Assembly (NCBI GenBank): GCA_963769025.1
Contig: CAVYKI010000009.1
Location: forward strand, 768,001 to 832,000
DNA length: 64,000 nt
Origin: an uncultured Verrucomicrobiae bacterium
GTDB taxonomy: Bacteria > Verrucomicrobiota > Verrucomicrobiia > Chthoniobacterales > Chthoniobacteraceae
Direction of reading: 5' to 3'
This document shows, in pieces, positions 28,623-43,826 of this stretch (within the stretch, counting starts at the first letter, position 1; every line of letters starts with the position of its first letter). The notes beneath the pieces are model-generated. The model had not been told where the DNA came from, did no database searches, and worked only from the letters and a program-made list of their open reading frames with translations. The position numbers were made by a program, and so were the translations under genes.

Positions 28623-29249
28623 TTACTCGACGAATTCGACAATCCCAAACCGCTCCGGCGTGTGAAAACTCGCGCGCATCGGTGGCGACCACGCGGTGAG
28701 TTCCCTCGGGATGCTCCCGTCGCGGGATGGCCGGTCTATCCGGCATAAGTTCACCCGCCACTGCGTGCCCGGTTGGGGCTGAGCGTCCGCCACGCTTGCG
28801 AACGGAATCGCCAGCTCAACTGTCCATGTGCCGGAGTCCTTCCGCACCAGCGAGCGCAGGCCGTCACAGTCCCAGGCATGCTCGCCCTTGTAGCCACTCC
28901 GGCTCCGCCGGAAAACGAGATCAAGCACCGTTCCGAGCGGGTTCACCTCGATCTCGAAATAGCTCTCCAGATCCCCCCGCGGATCAAAAAAGACCTCGAC
29001 CGTTTCCTCTTCATAAAGCGGTGCATCATGCCCGGTGAGCGTCGCCCATGCGTCTGCATCGTGCGCGTGGAAAAGGATCCGCCATTCGTGCTCATTCCAC
29101 GCCGAACGGACTTCCGTGCCTTGCTTCGGCGCGGCTCCCGTAACCGCATCCGCAAACACGGCAGGCGCCATGTCACACCACGGCACGGACCGCACATCAG
29201 CAGTCAACTCGCCAAGCTCCCTCCGCGGGCAGTGCAGCACTGCAATCAT
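28623..29249 (-). CDS. CBM9-like (DOMON-like) carbohydrate-binding protein
   Basis: D.PLYEEETVEVF, YFEIEVNPLG, WTVELAIPF, WRVN, WSP...FHTPERFG. ATGA overlap with nagA. Confidence 0.82.
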   Translation of the reverse strand: MIAVLHCPRRELGELTADVRSVPWCDMAPAVFADAVTGAAPKQGTEVRSAWNEHEWRILFHAHDADAWATLTGHDAPLYEEETVEVFFDPRGDLESYFEIEVNPLGTVLDLVFRRSRSGYKGEHAWDCDGLRSLVRKDSGTWTVELAIPFASVADAQPQPGTQWRVNLCRIDRPSRDGSIPRELTAWSPPMRASFHTPERFGIVEFVE

Positions 29250-30397
29250 TTTGCCCACAGCACGCGCTTGCCGCGGAGCGTTGCCAGCACATCGAGTTCA
29301 TCCCCGTCCCAATGCGCGATCACACAGGATTGCGGAATCCGCTTCACCGCACCCGCCGCGCGCAGCAATTCCCACGGACGCACCGATGCGGCGTCCCATG
29401 CCGTGCAAAGCGACACGCCGGTCATTTTGACAAAGCCGGACACCGCGCGATCCATCGTCAAAGCCGAGCCCGCGAGATTCGGACTTCCCGGCTGACGCAC
29501 CACACGGTCGCGGCCCACTTCGATTTCCAAATCCCCGATGGTGTAGCGTCCTGCCGGCGCGCCCGCCGCCGCCATCGCGTCCGTCACCACGAGCGTTCGC
29601 TCCGCGCCTTTCATCCGATGGAAAAGCCGCACGGCCTCCGGCGGAAGATGGACGCCATCCGTGATGAGACTCGCGGCGAGGCGATCCTCGGCGAGTTGCG
29701 CGAAGATGGGATTCTGATGCCGATGGATCATCTGCGGACAGCCGTTGCCGAGGTGCGTCGTCATCATCGCGCCCGCATCGCAGGCTTTGGCGATCATCTC
29801 GGCGTCCGCCATCGTGTGCCCGAGCGCGGGAAGGACTCCCTCTTTCCGGACCTGACGGATGAGCGAGATGGCACCGCGGACCTCCGGCGCCACCGTGAGC
29901 AGTTTGATGCGTCCGCCCGCGGCACGCTGGCACTCCCGCCAGATATTGCGGCTCGCATCGCAGACATGCGCAAGGGGGTGAGCGCCCCGCGCGCCATCGG
30001 CGGGGCTGATGAAAGGCCCTTCGAGATGAAAGCCAGGAACCGATGCCGCAACCTCCGGATGCAGCCGCAGCGCTTCGTACAAATGCCCGAACAGCAGCTT
30101 CAGCCGCGCCGGGGATGCCGTGATCAGCGTCGGCAGCACATGGGTGCATCCTTCGCGCCACATCGCGCGAATCCCCGTCGCGATCTCCTCCGCACTTGTG
30201 CGCGGCTGGTTGAAGTCCACGCCCGCGTAGCCGTTGCATTGCAGGTCAAGGAAGCCCGGTCCGAATACGGCCGCCGCTTTCGCTCGCACACGACGCCGCC
30301 CGAGCAGCCGCGCTTGATCAAATGAAAACTCGAAAGTCTCACCCGTTCGCACGTGAGTGGCGACGACACGGCGGATTCCGGAGGGGCGTTGTTTCAT
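29246..30397 (-). CDS. nagA: N-acetylglucosamine-6-phosphate deacetylase
   Basis: PGFLDLQCNG, LPTLIT, HLEGPF, GAH, TVAPE, GH, THLGN, DGVH, VTDA, LAGS. Confidence 0.88.
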   Translation of the reverse strand: MKQRPSGIRRVVATHVRTGETFEFSFDQARLLGRRRVRAKAAAVFGPGFLDLQCNGYAGVDFNQPRTSAEEIATGIRAMWREGCTHVLPTLITASPARLKLLFGHLYEALRLHPEVAASVPGFHLEGPFISPADGARGAHPLAHVCDASRNIWRECQRAAGGRIKLLTVAPEVRGAISLIRQVRKEGVLPALGHTMADAEMIAKACDAGAMMTTHLGNGCPQMIHRHQNPIFAQLAEDRLAASLITDGVHLPPEAVRLFHRMKGAERTLVVTDAMAAAGAPAGRYTIGDLEIEVGRDRVVRQPGSPNLAGSALTMDRAVSGFVKMTGVSLCTAWDAASVRPWELLRAAGAVKRIPQSCVIAHWDGDELDVLATLRGKRVLWAK

Positions 30398-30452
30398 GGG
30401 AATATCCTGTCGGGTCGTGAAAAGGATTCCAGCCCGACGAGCAGTTGGTCCT

Positions 30453-31376
30453 CTAAAACAGCTCGCCTTGCCCTAGCGCCATCACCTTCGGGGCATCCGT
30501 GCCGGCTTCCGCCTTCACCTCTGCGAGCAGCCCCTTGAAGTCGCACTTCTCCAGCGCCGCGATGAATTCCGGCCAGCGCGGCTTGATTTGCAATTCGCCC
30601 ATCGGCACGGGCAGCGGCAGATCCTCGTCAAGCCGCACCATCTCGCGATTTTCACGCACCCGCGCGGCGCCCGCACGCAGCTTCTCCCGCGTGCGTTCGC
30701 TTTTCACCGCGTCGAGATTTGCGAGCAGCGCGTCCAGGTTTCCGTGCTCGTTGATCAAAGTCGCCGCCGTCTTCGGCCCGAGTCCGTCGATGCCCGGGAT
30801 GTTGTCCACCGTGTCGCCGATGATCGCCAGCACGTCGCCGATGCGCCCGGCAGGCACGCCCCATTTTTCCCGCACCTTGTCCTCGCCGAGAAGCGCGAAG
30901 CCATCCGTCGGCGCAGCGAGGTCCGTCTTGTTCGTCGAATAGACGACGCACTTCGGGTTCACGAGCTGGTAGAGGTCCTTGTCGTTCGTCGCGAGAACGA
31001 CTTCGTCCCCGCGGGCCTGCGCGGCGACGGCGTAGCTGGCCATCAGGTCGTCCGCCTCCGTGTCCTGCACGGCGATGCTCGCGATGCCCATGAGCGGCAC
31101 GATGTCGCGGATGATCGGGAACTGCGGCCTCATCTGCTCCGGTGTTTCCGCGCGCGTCGCCTTATAGTCGGGCTGCAGCTCCGTGCGCCGCTTCGGCAGC
31201 CCCTGGTCCCACAGCACGGCTGCGATGTCGGGCTTCACGTCCTTGAGCATCTTGCGCATCGTTTTCACAAAGCCGTAGATCGCGTTCACCGGCTCGCCGC
31301 GCGAGTTCGTGAGATTCCGGATCGCGAAAAAGGAGCGGTAAACGAAATAGGGACCGTCAACGAGCAGCAGCTTCAT
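30453..31376 (-). CDS. Standalone 5'-3' exonuclease / flap endonuclease (Pol I N-terminal-like)
   Basis: LLVDG, YKATR, EADD, TNDKD, GDTVDNIPGIDGLGPKTA (H3TH). No polymerase domain; ends QGELF-stop. Confidence 0.92.
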   Translation of the reverse strand: MKLLLVDGPYFVYRSFFAIRNLTNSRGEPVNAIYGFVKTMRKMLKDVKPDIAAVLWDQGLPKRRTELQPDYKATRAETPEQMRPQFPIIRDIVPLMGIASIAVQDTEADDLMASYAVAAQARGDEVVLATNDKDLYQLVNPKCVVYSTNKTDLAAPTDGFALLGEDKVREKWGVPAGRIGDVLAIIGDTVDNIPGIDGLGPKTAATLINEHGNLDALLANLDAVKSERTREKLRAGAARVRENREMVRLDEDLPLPVPMGELQIKPRWPEFIAALEKCDFKGLLAEVKAEAGTDAPKVMALGQGELF

Positions 31377-31476
31377 CAGTCCGCGAACGAAGCGCGAAGC
31401 CGCGGTGATGTCGAACGCCGAATGCCTGCGCCGCGCTTTACAACTTTCCACGCGCCTCCCTACCCTCCGCCCCCGA

Positions 31477-32232
31477 ATGAACATCCTCATCCTCGCCGCG
31501 GGCTACGCGACGCGCCTCTATCCCCTCACCCAGACAAAAGCGAAGCCGCTCCTCGGCGTCGCCGACAAGCCGATGATGGAATGGGTCATCGACAACCTTG
31601 CGCCGATCCCCGGCATCTCGAAGGTCTTCGTCGTCACGAACAACAAGTTCGCCGCGGATTTCCAGACGTGGGCTGACGGCTACAATGCGTCCCACGCAAA
31701 ACTCCCCTTCACCATCGTCAACGACGGCTCCACGAGCGACGCCGACAAGCTCGGTGCCATCGGCGACATCCAGCATGTCATTCAAAAGCACGGCATCGAA
31801 GGCGAGGACCTGCTCGTCGTCGCGGGCGACAACCTTTTCAGCCAGAGCCTCGAGGGCTTTGGAAAATTCGCGCGAGAGAAAAATACGCCCGTCCTCGGCG
31901 TCTATGACGTGAAGTGCCTCGACGAGGCGAAAAAATACGGCGTCGTCGCGGTGAACGGCGAAGGCGTCATCGCGGAGTTCGTCGAGAAACCCGCCTACCC
32001 GCCGAGCACGCTCATCGGCATCGCGCTCTACTATTATCCAAAGCACGTCGTGCCGATGATCGCGCAATACATCGCCGCCGGAAACAACCCCGACCAGCCG
32101 GGCCGCTTCGTGCAATGGCTGTACCCGCAGACCGCCGTCCACGCATGGAGCGTCCCCGGCACGTGGTTCGATGTCGGCAGCAAGGAGAACCTTGAGGAAG
32201 CAAACCGCGTCTTCGCGAAGTTCGTCAAGTAG
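31477..32232 (+). CDS. Sugar-phosphate nucleotidyltransferase family protein
   Basis: ILAAGYATRLYPLT...KPLL, AGDN, YGVV, FVEKP, WFDVG. Confidence 0.9.
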   Translation: MNILILAAGYATRLYPLTQTKAKPLLGVADKPMMEWVIDNLAPIPGISKVFVVTNNKFAADFQTWADGYNASHAKLPFTIVNDGSTSDADKLGAIGDIQHVIQKHGIEGEDLLVVAGDNLFSQSLEGFGKFAREKNTPVLGVYDVKCLDEAKKYGVVAVNGEGVIAEFVEKPAYPPSTLIGIALYYYPKHVVPMIAQYIAAGNNPDQPGRFVQWLYPQTAVHAWSVPGTWFDVGSKENLEEANRVFAKFVK

Positions 32233-32311
32233 CGTCGAAGGCAGCGTTGGCAGACACCCATTCCGCAGCGCAGACTCGCAGAACACCAATCCCGCGCTAC
32301 CTTTCCGCCCG

Positions 32312-33295
32312 ATGCTTCCCTGGTTCCAAGACCGTTTCCCGCTCTACCTCGCGCCCATGGCGGGAGTGACGGACACCACGTTCCGCCAGCTCTGCAAGGA
32401 GTATGGCGCGGATGTGATGGTCACTGAGTTCGTTTCCGCGGAGGGCATCTTCCGGAAGAACGAGCGCACGATGGAGTATCTCGACTTCGAGGAGGCGGAG
32501 CGCCCGCTCGGCGTGCAGCTTTTTGGCGGAGACCCGGAGCATCTCGGCGAGGCCGCGAAGATGGTGCTCGACTGGAAGCGGCCCGATTTTCTCGACATCA
32601 ATTTCGGCTGCCCGGTGAGCAAGGTCGTGAGCAAGAACGGGGGCTCCGCGATCCTCCGCGACTGCCCGCTGCTCGCACGAATCGCCACGGCCATCGTGAA
32701 GGCCGTCGCGCCGCATCCCGTCACCGCGAAAATCCGCATCGGCTGGAGCGCCGACACCGTGAATGCCACGACCACCGCGCGCATCCTCGAGGACTGCGGC
32801 ATCCAGGCCATCGCAGTGCACGGGCGCACGAAGGAACAGGGCTATTCCGGCGAGGCCGATTGGAATGTCATCGGCGAAGTCGCCGAGACCGTGCGCGTGC
32901 CGGTCATCGGCAACGGCGACATCACGAACGCGCGCGACGTCGAGCACCGCAAGGCCACGACGCGCGTCTCCGGCATCATGATTGGGCGCACCGCGATGCA
33001 GCACCCGTGGGTCTTCCGCGAAATCAAACATTACCTCGCCACCGGCGCGCACCTTCCCCCGCCGACGCTGGACGAAATCTGGCGACACATCCGCCGCCAC
33101 TGCGCGCGCGAAGTCGAAAAGCAGGGCAGCGAGCTCCACGCCATGCAGTCGATGCGCACACAGCTCATGTCCTACTCGCGAGGAATGCCCGACGCGAGAC
33201 GGCTCCGCGAAAAATTCGCCCACGTCGGCTCCCTCGCGCAGCTCGACGACATCGCGGCGGAAAACATCGCCGGCCCGCAGCTCGCGGCGGCGTAG
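32312..33295 (+). CDS. dusB: tRNA-dihydrouridine synthase B
   Basis: LAPMAGVTD, QLFG, DINFGCP, VTAKIRIG, VHGRT, NGDI, MIGR. Confidence 0.9.
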   Translation: MLPWFQDRFPLYLAPMAGVTDTTFRQLCKEYGADVMVTEFVSAEGIFRKNERTMEYLDFEEAERPLGVQLFGGDPEHLGEAAKMVLDWKRPDFLDINFGCPVSKVVSKNGGSAILRDCPLLARIATAIVKAVAPHPVTAKIRIGWSADTVNATTTARILEDCGIQAIAVHGRTKEQGYSGEADWNVIGEVAETVRVPVIGNGDITNARDVEHRKATTRVSGIMIGRTAMQHPWVFREIKHYLATGAHLPPPTLDEIWRHIRRHCAREVEKQGSELHAMQSMRTQLMSYSRGMPDARRLREKFAHVGSLAQLDDIAAENIAGPQLAAA

Positions 33296-33317
33296 CTTGC
33301 GGCATCAACAGCCGCCG

Positions 33318-33348
33318 ACGCGAGGAGGTGGGCTGAATCTCCTCGCGT
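33318..33348. repeat. REP-like hairpin between convergent dusB and speA, next to the IS target site
   Basis: ACGCGAGGAG-N11-CTCCTCGCGT, perfect 10-bp stem. Confidence 0.6.
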
Positions 33349-33357
33349 GTCCGCTAA

Positions 33358-34251
33358 GAGACTGTGCAAAAAGTCTGCACTATGGTCATTTTAGTACCTT
33401 GGTACGAATTGGAGGAATGGGGTGGAAAGCTTGGGATGCCGAACCAAGAACCGTATCCGAGTGACCTCAATGAAGTGGAATGGGAGCTGTTGCGCCCGCT
33501 GGTGAACGTGCCGGCGAAGCTTGGGCGGCCACCGCGCCACGACCGGAGGCTGGTGCTCAATGCCATCTTCTACGTGGTGCGCAGCGGGTGCGCGTGGCGG
33601 CTCTTGCCGCATGACCTGCCGCCGTGGCGGCTGTGCTACTACTACTTTGCCAAGTGGCGGGAGAACGGGCTCTGGGTGCAAATCAACGATCAGCTGCGCG
33701 AGGCCGTGCGCGGGAAAGGCGCGAAAAAAAAGCCCCCAGCGCTGCGATCTTCGACGCGCAGAGTGTTAAAGTGGCTAACCACCCCGGAGTGCGAGGCTAC
33801 GATGCGGGCAAGAAGATCCGAGGGCGAAAACGGCATCTGGTGGTAGACACCCTGGGGCTCATCCTGGGCGTCGTGGTCACCGGTGCCGATGTCTCCGATC
33901 GCGCCGGATCCCTGCAGGTGCTCCCGCCCGTGCTGCGCACCCAGCCACGGCTCGGACAGCTGTGGGCGGACGCAGGCTACGCGGGCGGCACGCTCGCCGC
34001 AGACTTGCGCGCGCACGCCGCCCATCCGGACCTGCGCCTGGACATCATCAAACGCAGCGACCCCGCCCCCAAAGGCTTCCAAGTCCAGCCCAAGCGGTGG
34101 ATCGTCGAACGCACTTTGGGATGGCTCATGCAGGCGCGCAGACTTGCCCGCGACTACGAAACCAAAACCGCCTCCAGCCAGGCGATGATCCTCATTCAAG
34201 CCTCCCGCATCATGCTGCGCAGACTCGCCAAGTGACTTTTTACACAGTCTC
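33358..34251 (+). mobile_element. IS5 family insertion sequence (IS1031 group), 894 bp
   Basis: 18-bp terminal IRs GAGACTGTGCAAAAAGTC and reverse complement GAGACTGTGTAAAAAGTC (1 mismatch). TAA direct repeats at 33355-57 and 34252-54. Confidence 0.95.
33436..34235 (+). CDS. IS5 transposase, two ORFs joined by a -1 shift at the A8G run (33724-33732)
   Basis: YPSDL...GCAWRLLPHDLPPW in ORF1; DAQSVK, GRKRH, DTLG, ADAGY, KRWIVERTLGW in ORF2. Confidence 0.92.
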
Positions 34252-34318
34252 TAAGGCACTCGGAAAATGCGTGCCTGGCTGCTGCCATCGCCGACTTTCG
34301 TTTGTTCCGAATCTCGCC

Positions 34319-36259
34319 CTACTTCGGCCCCGCGCTGCCGGTGGTCCCGCCGCCGTTGAGCTGGAGGTAGGTGTAGCCCTTCAGCGCGCGCTCGTAGCTG
34401 TTGAGCATGCGGATGGCTTCGGCGGGCTTGAGCTTGTCGCCGCGGATGGCGGCGTCCACCTGGGCCTTCATCTTGCGGTTCAGCTCGGCCTCGTCCCATT
34501 GCGTCATGTTCAGCACGCTGGCGATGGTGCTGCCTTCGATGGTTTCCTCGATGTACCAGCCGCACTCCTCGTCCTCGTCGAGGAAGAGGTGCGCCTCGTT
34601 CACGCGCCCAAAGAGGTTGTGGAAGTCACCCATGATGTCCTGGTAGGCGCCCATGAGGAAGAAGCCGATGAAGTACGGCACGCCGGGCTGGATGCGGTGC
34701 AGCGGGAGGGTGTCGCGGACATCCTGGAGGTCGATGAACTTGCTCACCTTGCCGTCGGAGTCGCAGGTGATGTCCACGAGCGTGGCCTCGCGGTCGGGCG
34801 CCTCGTCGAGGCGATGCACGGGCATGATCGGGAAAAGCTGACCGAGCGCCCAGTGGTCGAGCATGCTTTGGAAGACGGAGAAGTTGCAGAGGTACTGATC
34901 CGCGATGGAAACGCCGAGCTCCTTGATTTCATCCGGGACGTATTTCATCCCGGCGCTGAGCTGCACGATCTTCCGCGCGATTTGCCAGAAGACGGTCTCG
35001 ATGCGCGCCTTCGCATCCAGTTCCATGAGGCCGAGGTCGAACATGGACTGCGCCTTTTCCTTCAGCTCCTGCGCGTCGTGCAGTGTCTCGCGGCGGTTCT
35101 GTTTGTTGAGGCCGGCCTTGAGCTCGAGGATGTTCCGGACGAGCTTCGGATCGCCGGTCTTGGCCGCCACCGCGCCTTCCTGATCCTTCTCGATGGAGCC
35201 GAATGCCTCGACGATGAGCACGCTGTGATGCGCGACGATGGCGCGTCCGCTTTCGCTCACGATGGTCGGGTGCGCGACCTTCTCGTCGTCGCAGATTTCC
35301 ATGATGTTCCAGACGACATCGCGCGCGTATTCCTGGAGCGAGTAGTTCGTCGAGCTGTCGAAGGCGCTGCGCGAGCCGTCGTAGTCCACGCCGAGTCCGC
35401 CGCCGACGTCGAGGTAGTCGATCTGATGCCCGAGCTTGAGCATCTTCGCGTAGAAGCGCGCGGCCTCGCGGACGGCGCGCTTGATGGTCCCGATGTCCGG
35501 CACCTGCGAGCCGACGTGGAAATGCACGAGCTTCAGGCAATGCGCCAGGCCGGCGGCCTTCAGCGTCTCACTGGCGATCAGGAGGTCCGCGGTGCTGAGG
35601 CCGAACTTCGCGTTCTCGCCGCCGCTCAGCGCCCACTTGCCCGCGCCCTTGGCGTTCAAGCGCACGCGCAGGCCGATCCATGGCTCCGTCCCGACTTCGC
35701 GTGAGACCGTGAGGATCTGCTGAAGCTCCTCGATTTTCTCGACGACCAGGATCACGCGCTTGCCGAGCTTTGTGCCGAGCAGCGCGTTCTGGATGAGCGA
35801 GGCGTCCTTGTAGCCGTTGCAAATGATGAGCGACTCGGGATCCTCATGCACGGAAAGAGCCGCGAGGAGCTCCGGCTTGCTGCCGGCCTCGATGCCGAAA
35901 TGGAACGGCGCGCCGGCCGACATGATTTCCTCCACGACCTCCTGGAGTTGGTTCACCTTGATCGGGAACACGCCGCGATAGACGCCTTGATACTTGAACT
36001 CCTCGATGGCGGTGGCGAACGCGCGGTTGATCGTCTCCACGCGGTTCCGCAGCAGATCGTGGAACCTCAGCACCATCGGGAATGTCATCCCCTGCGCCTG
36101 CGCCTCCTCGACTGCGGCCATGATGTCCACGCCCGTTTTCTCGTCGAGCGTCGGGAACACCTGCACGTGACCCTTGTCGTTGATTCCGAAATATCCGCCG
36201 CCCCAGCGGTCCACGTTGTAGAGTGCGGTTGCCGCTGCGATGTCCCAGTTTTGCTGCAT
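34319..36259 (-). CDS. speA: Biosynthetic arginine decarboxylase
   Basis: WGGGYF, FPIKVNQ, EAGSKPEL, CNGYKD, HFHVGSQ, DVGGGLGVDYDG, ESGRA, DITCDSDG, GAYQ. Confidence 0.96.
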   Translation of the reverse strand: MQQNWDIAAATALYNVDRWGGGYFGINDKGHVQVFPTLDEKTGVDIMAAVEEAQAQGMTFPMVLRFHDLLRNRVETINRAFATAIEEFKYQGVYRGVFPIKVNQLQEVVEEIMSAGAPFHFGIEAGSKPELLAALSVHEDPESLIICNGYKDASLIQNALLGTKLGKRVILVVEKIEELQQILTVSREVGTEPWIGLRVRLNAKGAGKWALSGGENAKFGLSTADLLIASETLKAAGLAHCLKLVHFHVGSQVPDIGTIKRAVREAARFYAKMLKLGHQIDYLDVGGGLGVDYDGSRSAFDSSTNYSLQEYARDVVWNIMEICDDEKVAHPTIVSESGRAIVAHHSVLIVEAFGSIEKDQEGAVAAKTGDPKLVRNILELKAGLNKQNRRETLHDAQELKEKAQSMFDLGLMELDAKARIETVFWQIARKIVQLSAGMKYVPDEIKELGVSIADQYLCNFSVFQSMLDHWALGQLFPIMPVHRLDEAPDREATLVDITCDSDGKVSKFIDLQDVRDTLPLHRIQPGVPYFIGFFLMGAYQDIMGDFHNLFGRVNEAHLFLDEDEECGWYIEETIEGSTIASVLNMTQWDEAELNRKMKAQVDAAIRGDKLKPAEAIRMLNSYERALKGYTYLQLNGGGTTGSAGPK

Positions 36260-36354
36260 GTTGATTTGTGTGCGCGCGAATAGGTGAATCACCCCGCGCG
36301 TGCAATACGCGTCGTGAAAAAAATCATCGCGGATGCAAACCGGCCCGTGCGGGC

Positions 36355-36378
36355 GGCAGCGACAGGAATGTCGCCGCC
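36355..36378. repeat. REP-like palindrome
   Basis: GGCAGCGACA-GGAA-TGTCGCCGCC, intergenic between the prenyltransferase-like gene and speA. Confidence 0.6.
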
Positions 36379-36397
36379 CCCATTCCAGCGTCGCCAA

Positions 36398-37491
36398 TCA
36401 TCGCTGATAGATCGGCAGGAAGTGGCTTTTCACGGAAAGCGCGAGCACGGCGAGCGCCGTCGCATACACCTTCCCGCCCTGCCGCTCCTCGCCGCCGACG
36501 CCGTCCCACCAGCCTTCGCGCGATTGGATCGGGATGAGCAAGTCCGCCATCTGCTTGCGAGCCGCGGCAGCGTGTTTGTCCCCGCGCTGATACATCCCCT
36601 GCGCATAATAGTATGCCGTGTAAAAGAACCAGCGGTCGCCGACACGCAGACCGCTCTTCAGCAGCCGGTCTGATGAGACTTTCACCTCCTCGCTGTCGTA
36701 GTCGCCGCACACCTGGAGCGCGAGCAGTCCCTCCGCGGTCGTCGATGGCTCGCTCCCGCGGCTGCTATATCCGAAGCCGCCATAGCCACGGCCGCCATTT
36801 CCAGAATCGAAGAGGCCCTTGATGTAGCGCACCGCGAGATCGATGGACTCCTTCGGCACGTCTAGCCCCGCATTGCGCGCGGAACGCAACGCCATCGTCT
36901 GCCAGCAGGTGATGGACATGTCGCTGTCGCTCGCGTCCGGCGTGTAGCGCCACCCGCCGCGGTTCGATTCGTTCTTCGGCACCCGCTGCGCGCGCAGAAT
37001 GAGGTCTATCGCCTTGCGGCAACGGTCGCGGATGAGGGTGTCTTGCGCCTCGTTCGTCCCCATGCCGAGCATCTCCGCGAGCATCAGCGTGGTGATGCCG
37101 TGGCCATACATGCGCGAGCCGTCGGCCTTTCCGAAGTAGCCGTTCGCGTCCTGGTTTTCCGGCAGCAGCACAAAGTCGAGCGCGCGCTTCATCGCGCGGC
37201 CCTCGGGCGTGGTGTCGGACGGCTGGTGCCCCATCGCGGCGAATGAAAGCACCGCCAGCGAAGTCATCGTCGTCTCGTTGCGAAGGCGGTTATGAATCGC
37301 GCCGGTCGCCGGATCCTGGCACGTGATCAGGAATTGTCCCGCGCGCTTGAACGCCTCGTTCACCCGCGCGCTGTCCTCGGCCTCCTGTGCCGGCGCCGCG
37401 CACGCCATCGCGAGGAAAATGAACGCGCGTGTGAAAAACAAATTCACCGCCCCTTCGAACACCGAGCGCGCCGCTTTTTGGATTCGCAAAA

Positions 37492-37495
<4 letters not shown>
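36398..37495 (-). CDS. Prenyltransferase/squalene-oxidase repeat (terpene cyclase-like alpha-alpha barrel) protein
   Basis: MYGHGITTL, GGWRY, SDMSITCWQ, GGFGY, YYYAQ, QSREGWW. ATGA overlap with the upstream gene. Confidence 0.85.
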
Positions 37496-42925
<5,430 letters not shown>

Positions 42926-42998
42926 AAAATGGTCAAAGTTCGGGGTATCGTATCCGTGGACAACCCCCTGACCAGCTTCGGCTTTGATTATCCCGCAC

Positions 42999-43724
42999 CT
43001 ATCGTCGGCGGACCTTTTTCGGTGCGCTGGAGGGCAGCATGAAAAGGATCAGCACTATGGCAAACCCGATGCCGGCTCCGATCCACAACTTGCGATTCTG
43101 AAAAATCGAGGGCTGACCGCCGATCGCATCCGATACCGTCCCGAACGGCGGCATCACGATGTTGCGGGGAGCAGGCGTCTCCAAATCCTCCGTCCCGTCC
43201 CCCAAGACGGTCGCGACCGGCACATCGCCACCCTTGCCAGCCGCCTTCGCACGCTCCCGGTCGATCTCCGCGCGCGCCTTTGATGCTGCGTCGATCAAAT
43301 CCTTTTGCGCCGTGGCCGACTCCGCCTCGAATGCTGCGTTCTCGATTTTCCGCTTCGCCCGTTCCACAGCCATGAGCGCATCCTCCTCGGCCTTCCGCTT
43401 CGCCTCCGCCTCCATCGCCCGCCGCTTCGGCGCCTCGTCGATCATCCTTTCCTCCTCGGCGAGTCGCTTGGCCTCGGCCTCCTTCGCGGCCTTGCGCGCG
43501 GCGGATTTTTCCGCAGTCCAGCCGTACTCCGCCTGCATCGCTGGCGGCAGAAAATCAAAGTCCACGAGTGCAGTGCCCTCGCTGTGGGTGATGCGGACCG
43601 CCTCGGCCTCCACCTTGGTCACCTTCACATCCTTGAACGTCGCTTCCGGCGTCACAAGGTCGAGGGCAGGGCTCATCGCGATGAGCAAAAGGAGCAAGCA
43701 GATGGAAACGAGGGGCGCTTTCAT
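42999..43724 (-). CDS. Hypothetical exported protein with coiled coil and C-terminal TM anchor
   Basis: Signal peptide, beta-rich N-domain (FKDVKVTKVE...ITHSEG...F..LP), charged helix, then TM segment and KKVRRR. Confidence 0.7.
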   Translation of the reverse strand: MKAPLVSICLLLLLIAMSPALDLVTPEATFKDVKVTKVEAEAVRITHSEGTALVDFDFLPPAMQAEYGWTAEKSAARKAAKEAEAKRLAEEERMIDEAPKRRAMEAEAKRKAEEDALMAVERAKRKIENAAFEAESATAQKDLIDAASKARAEIDRERAKAAGKGGDVPVATVLGDGTEDLETPAPRNIVMPPFGTVSDAIGGQPSIFQNRKLWIGAGIGFAIVLILFMLPSSAPKKVRRR

Positions 43725-43790
43725 TCCCCGAAAAATACAGGACTTGCCGTGGGAAGCACACGATTTTTTCACCATCCCTCGCCGCGACGG

Positions 43791-43818
43791 TTGATTTCCC
43801 CGCGCGGCCCCCTACCCT
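43791..43818 (+). promoter_or_regulatory. Sigma70-like promoter of lipA (near-leaderless)
   Basis: TTGATT-16 nt-TACCCT, 8 nt before the ATG. Confidence 0.5.
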
Positions 43819-43826
43819 CCGGCGCG

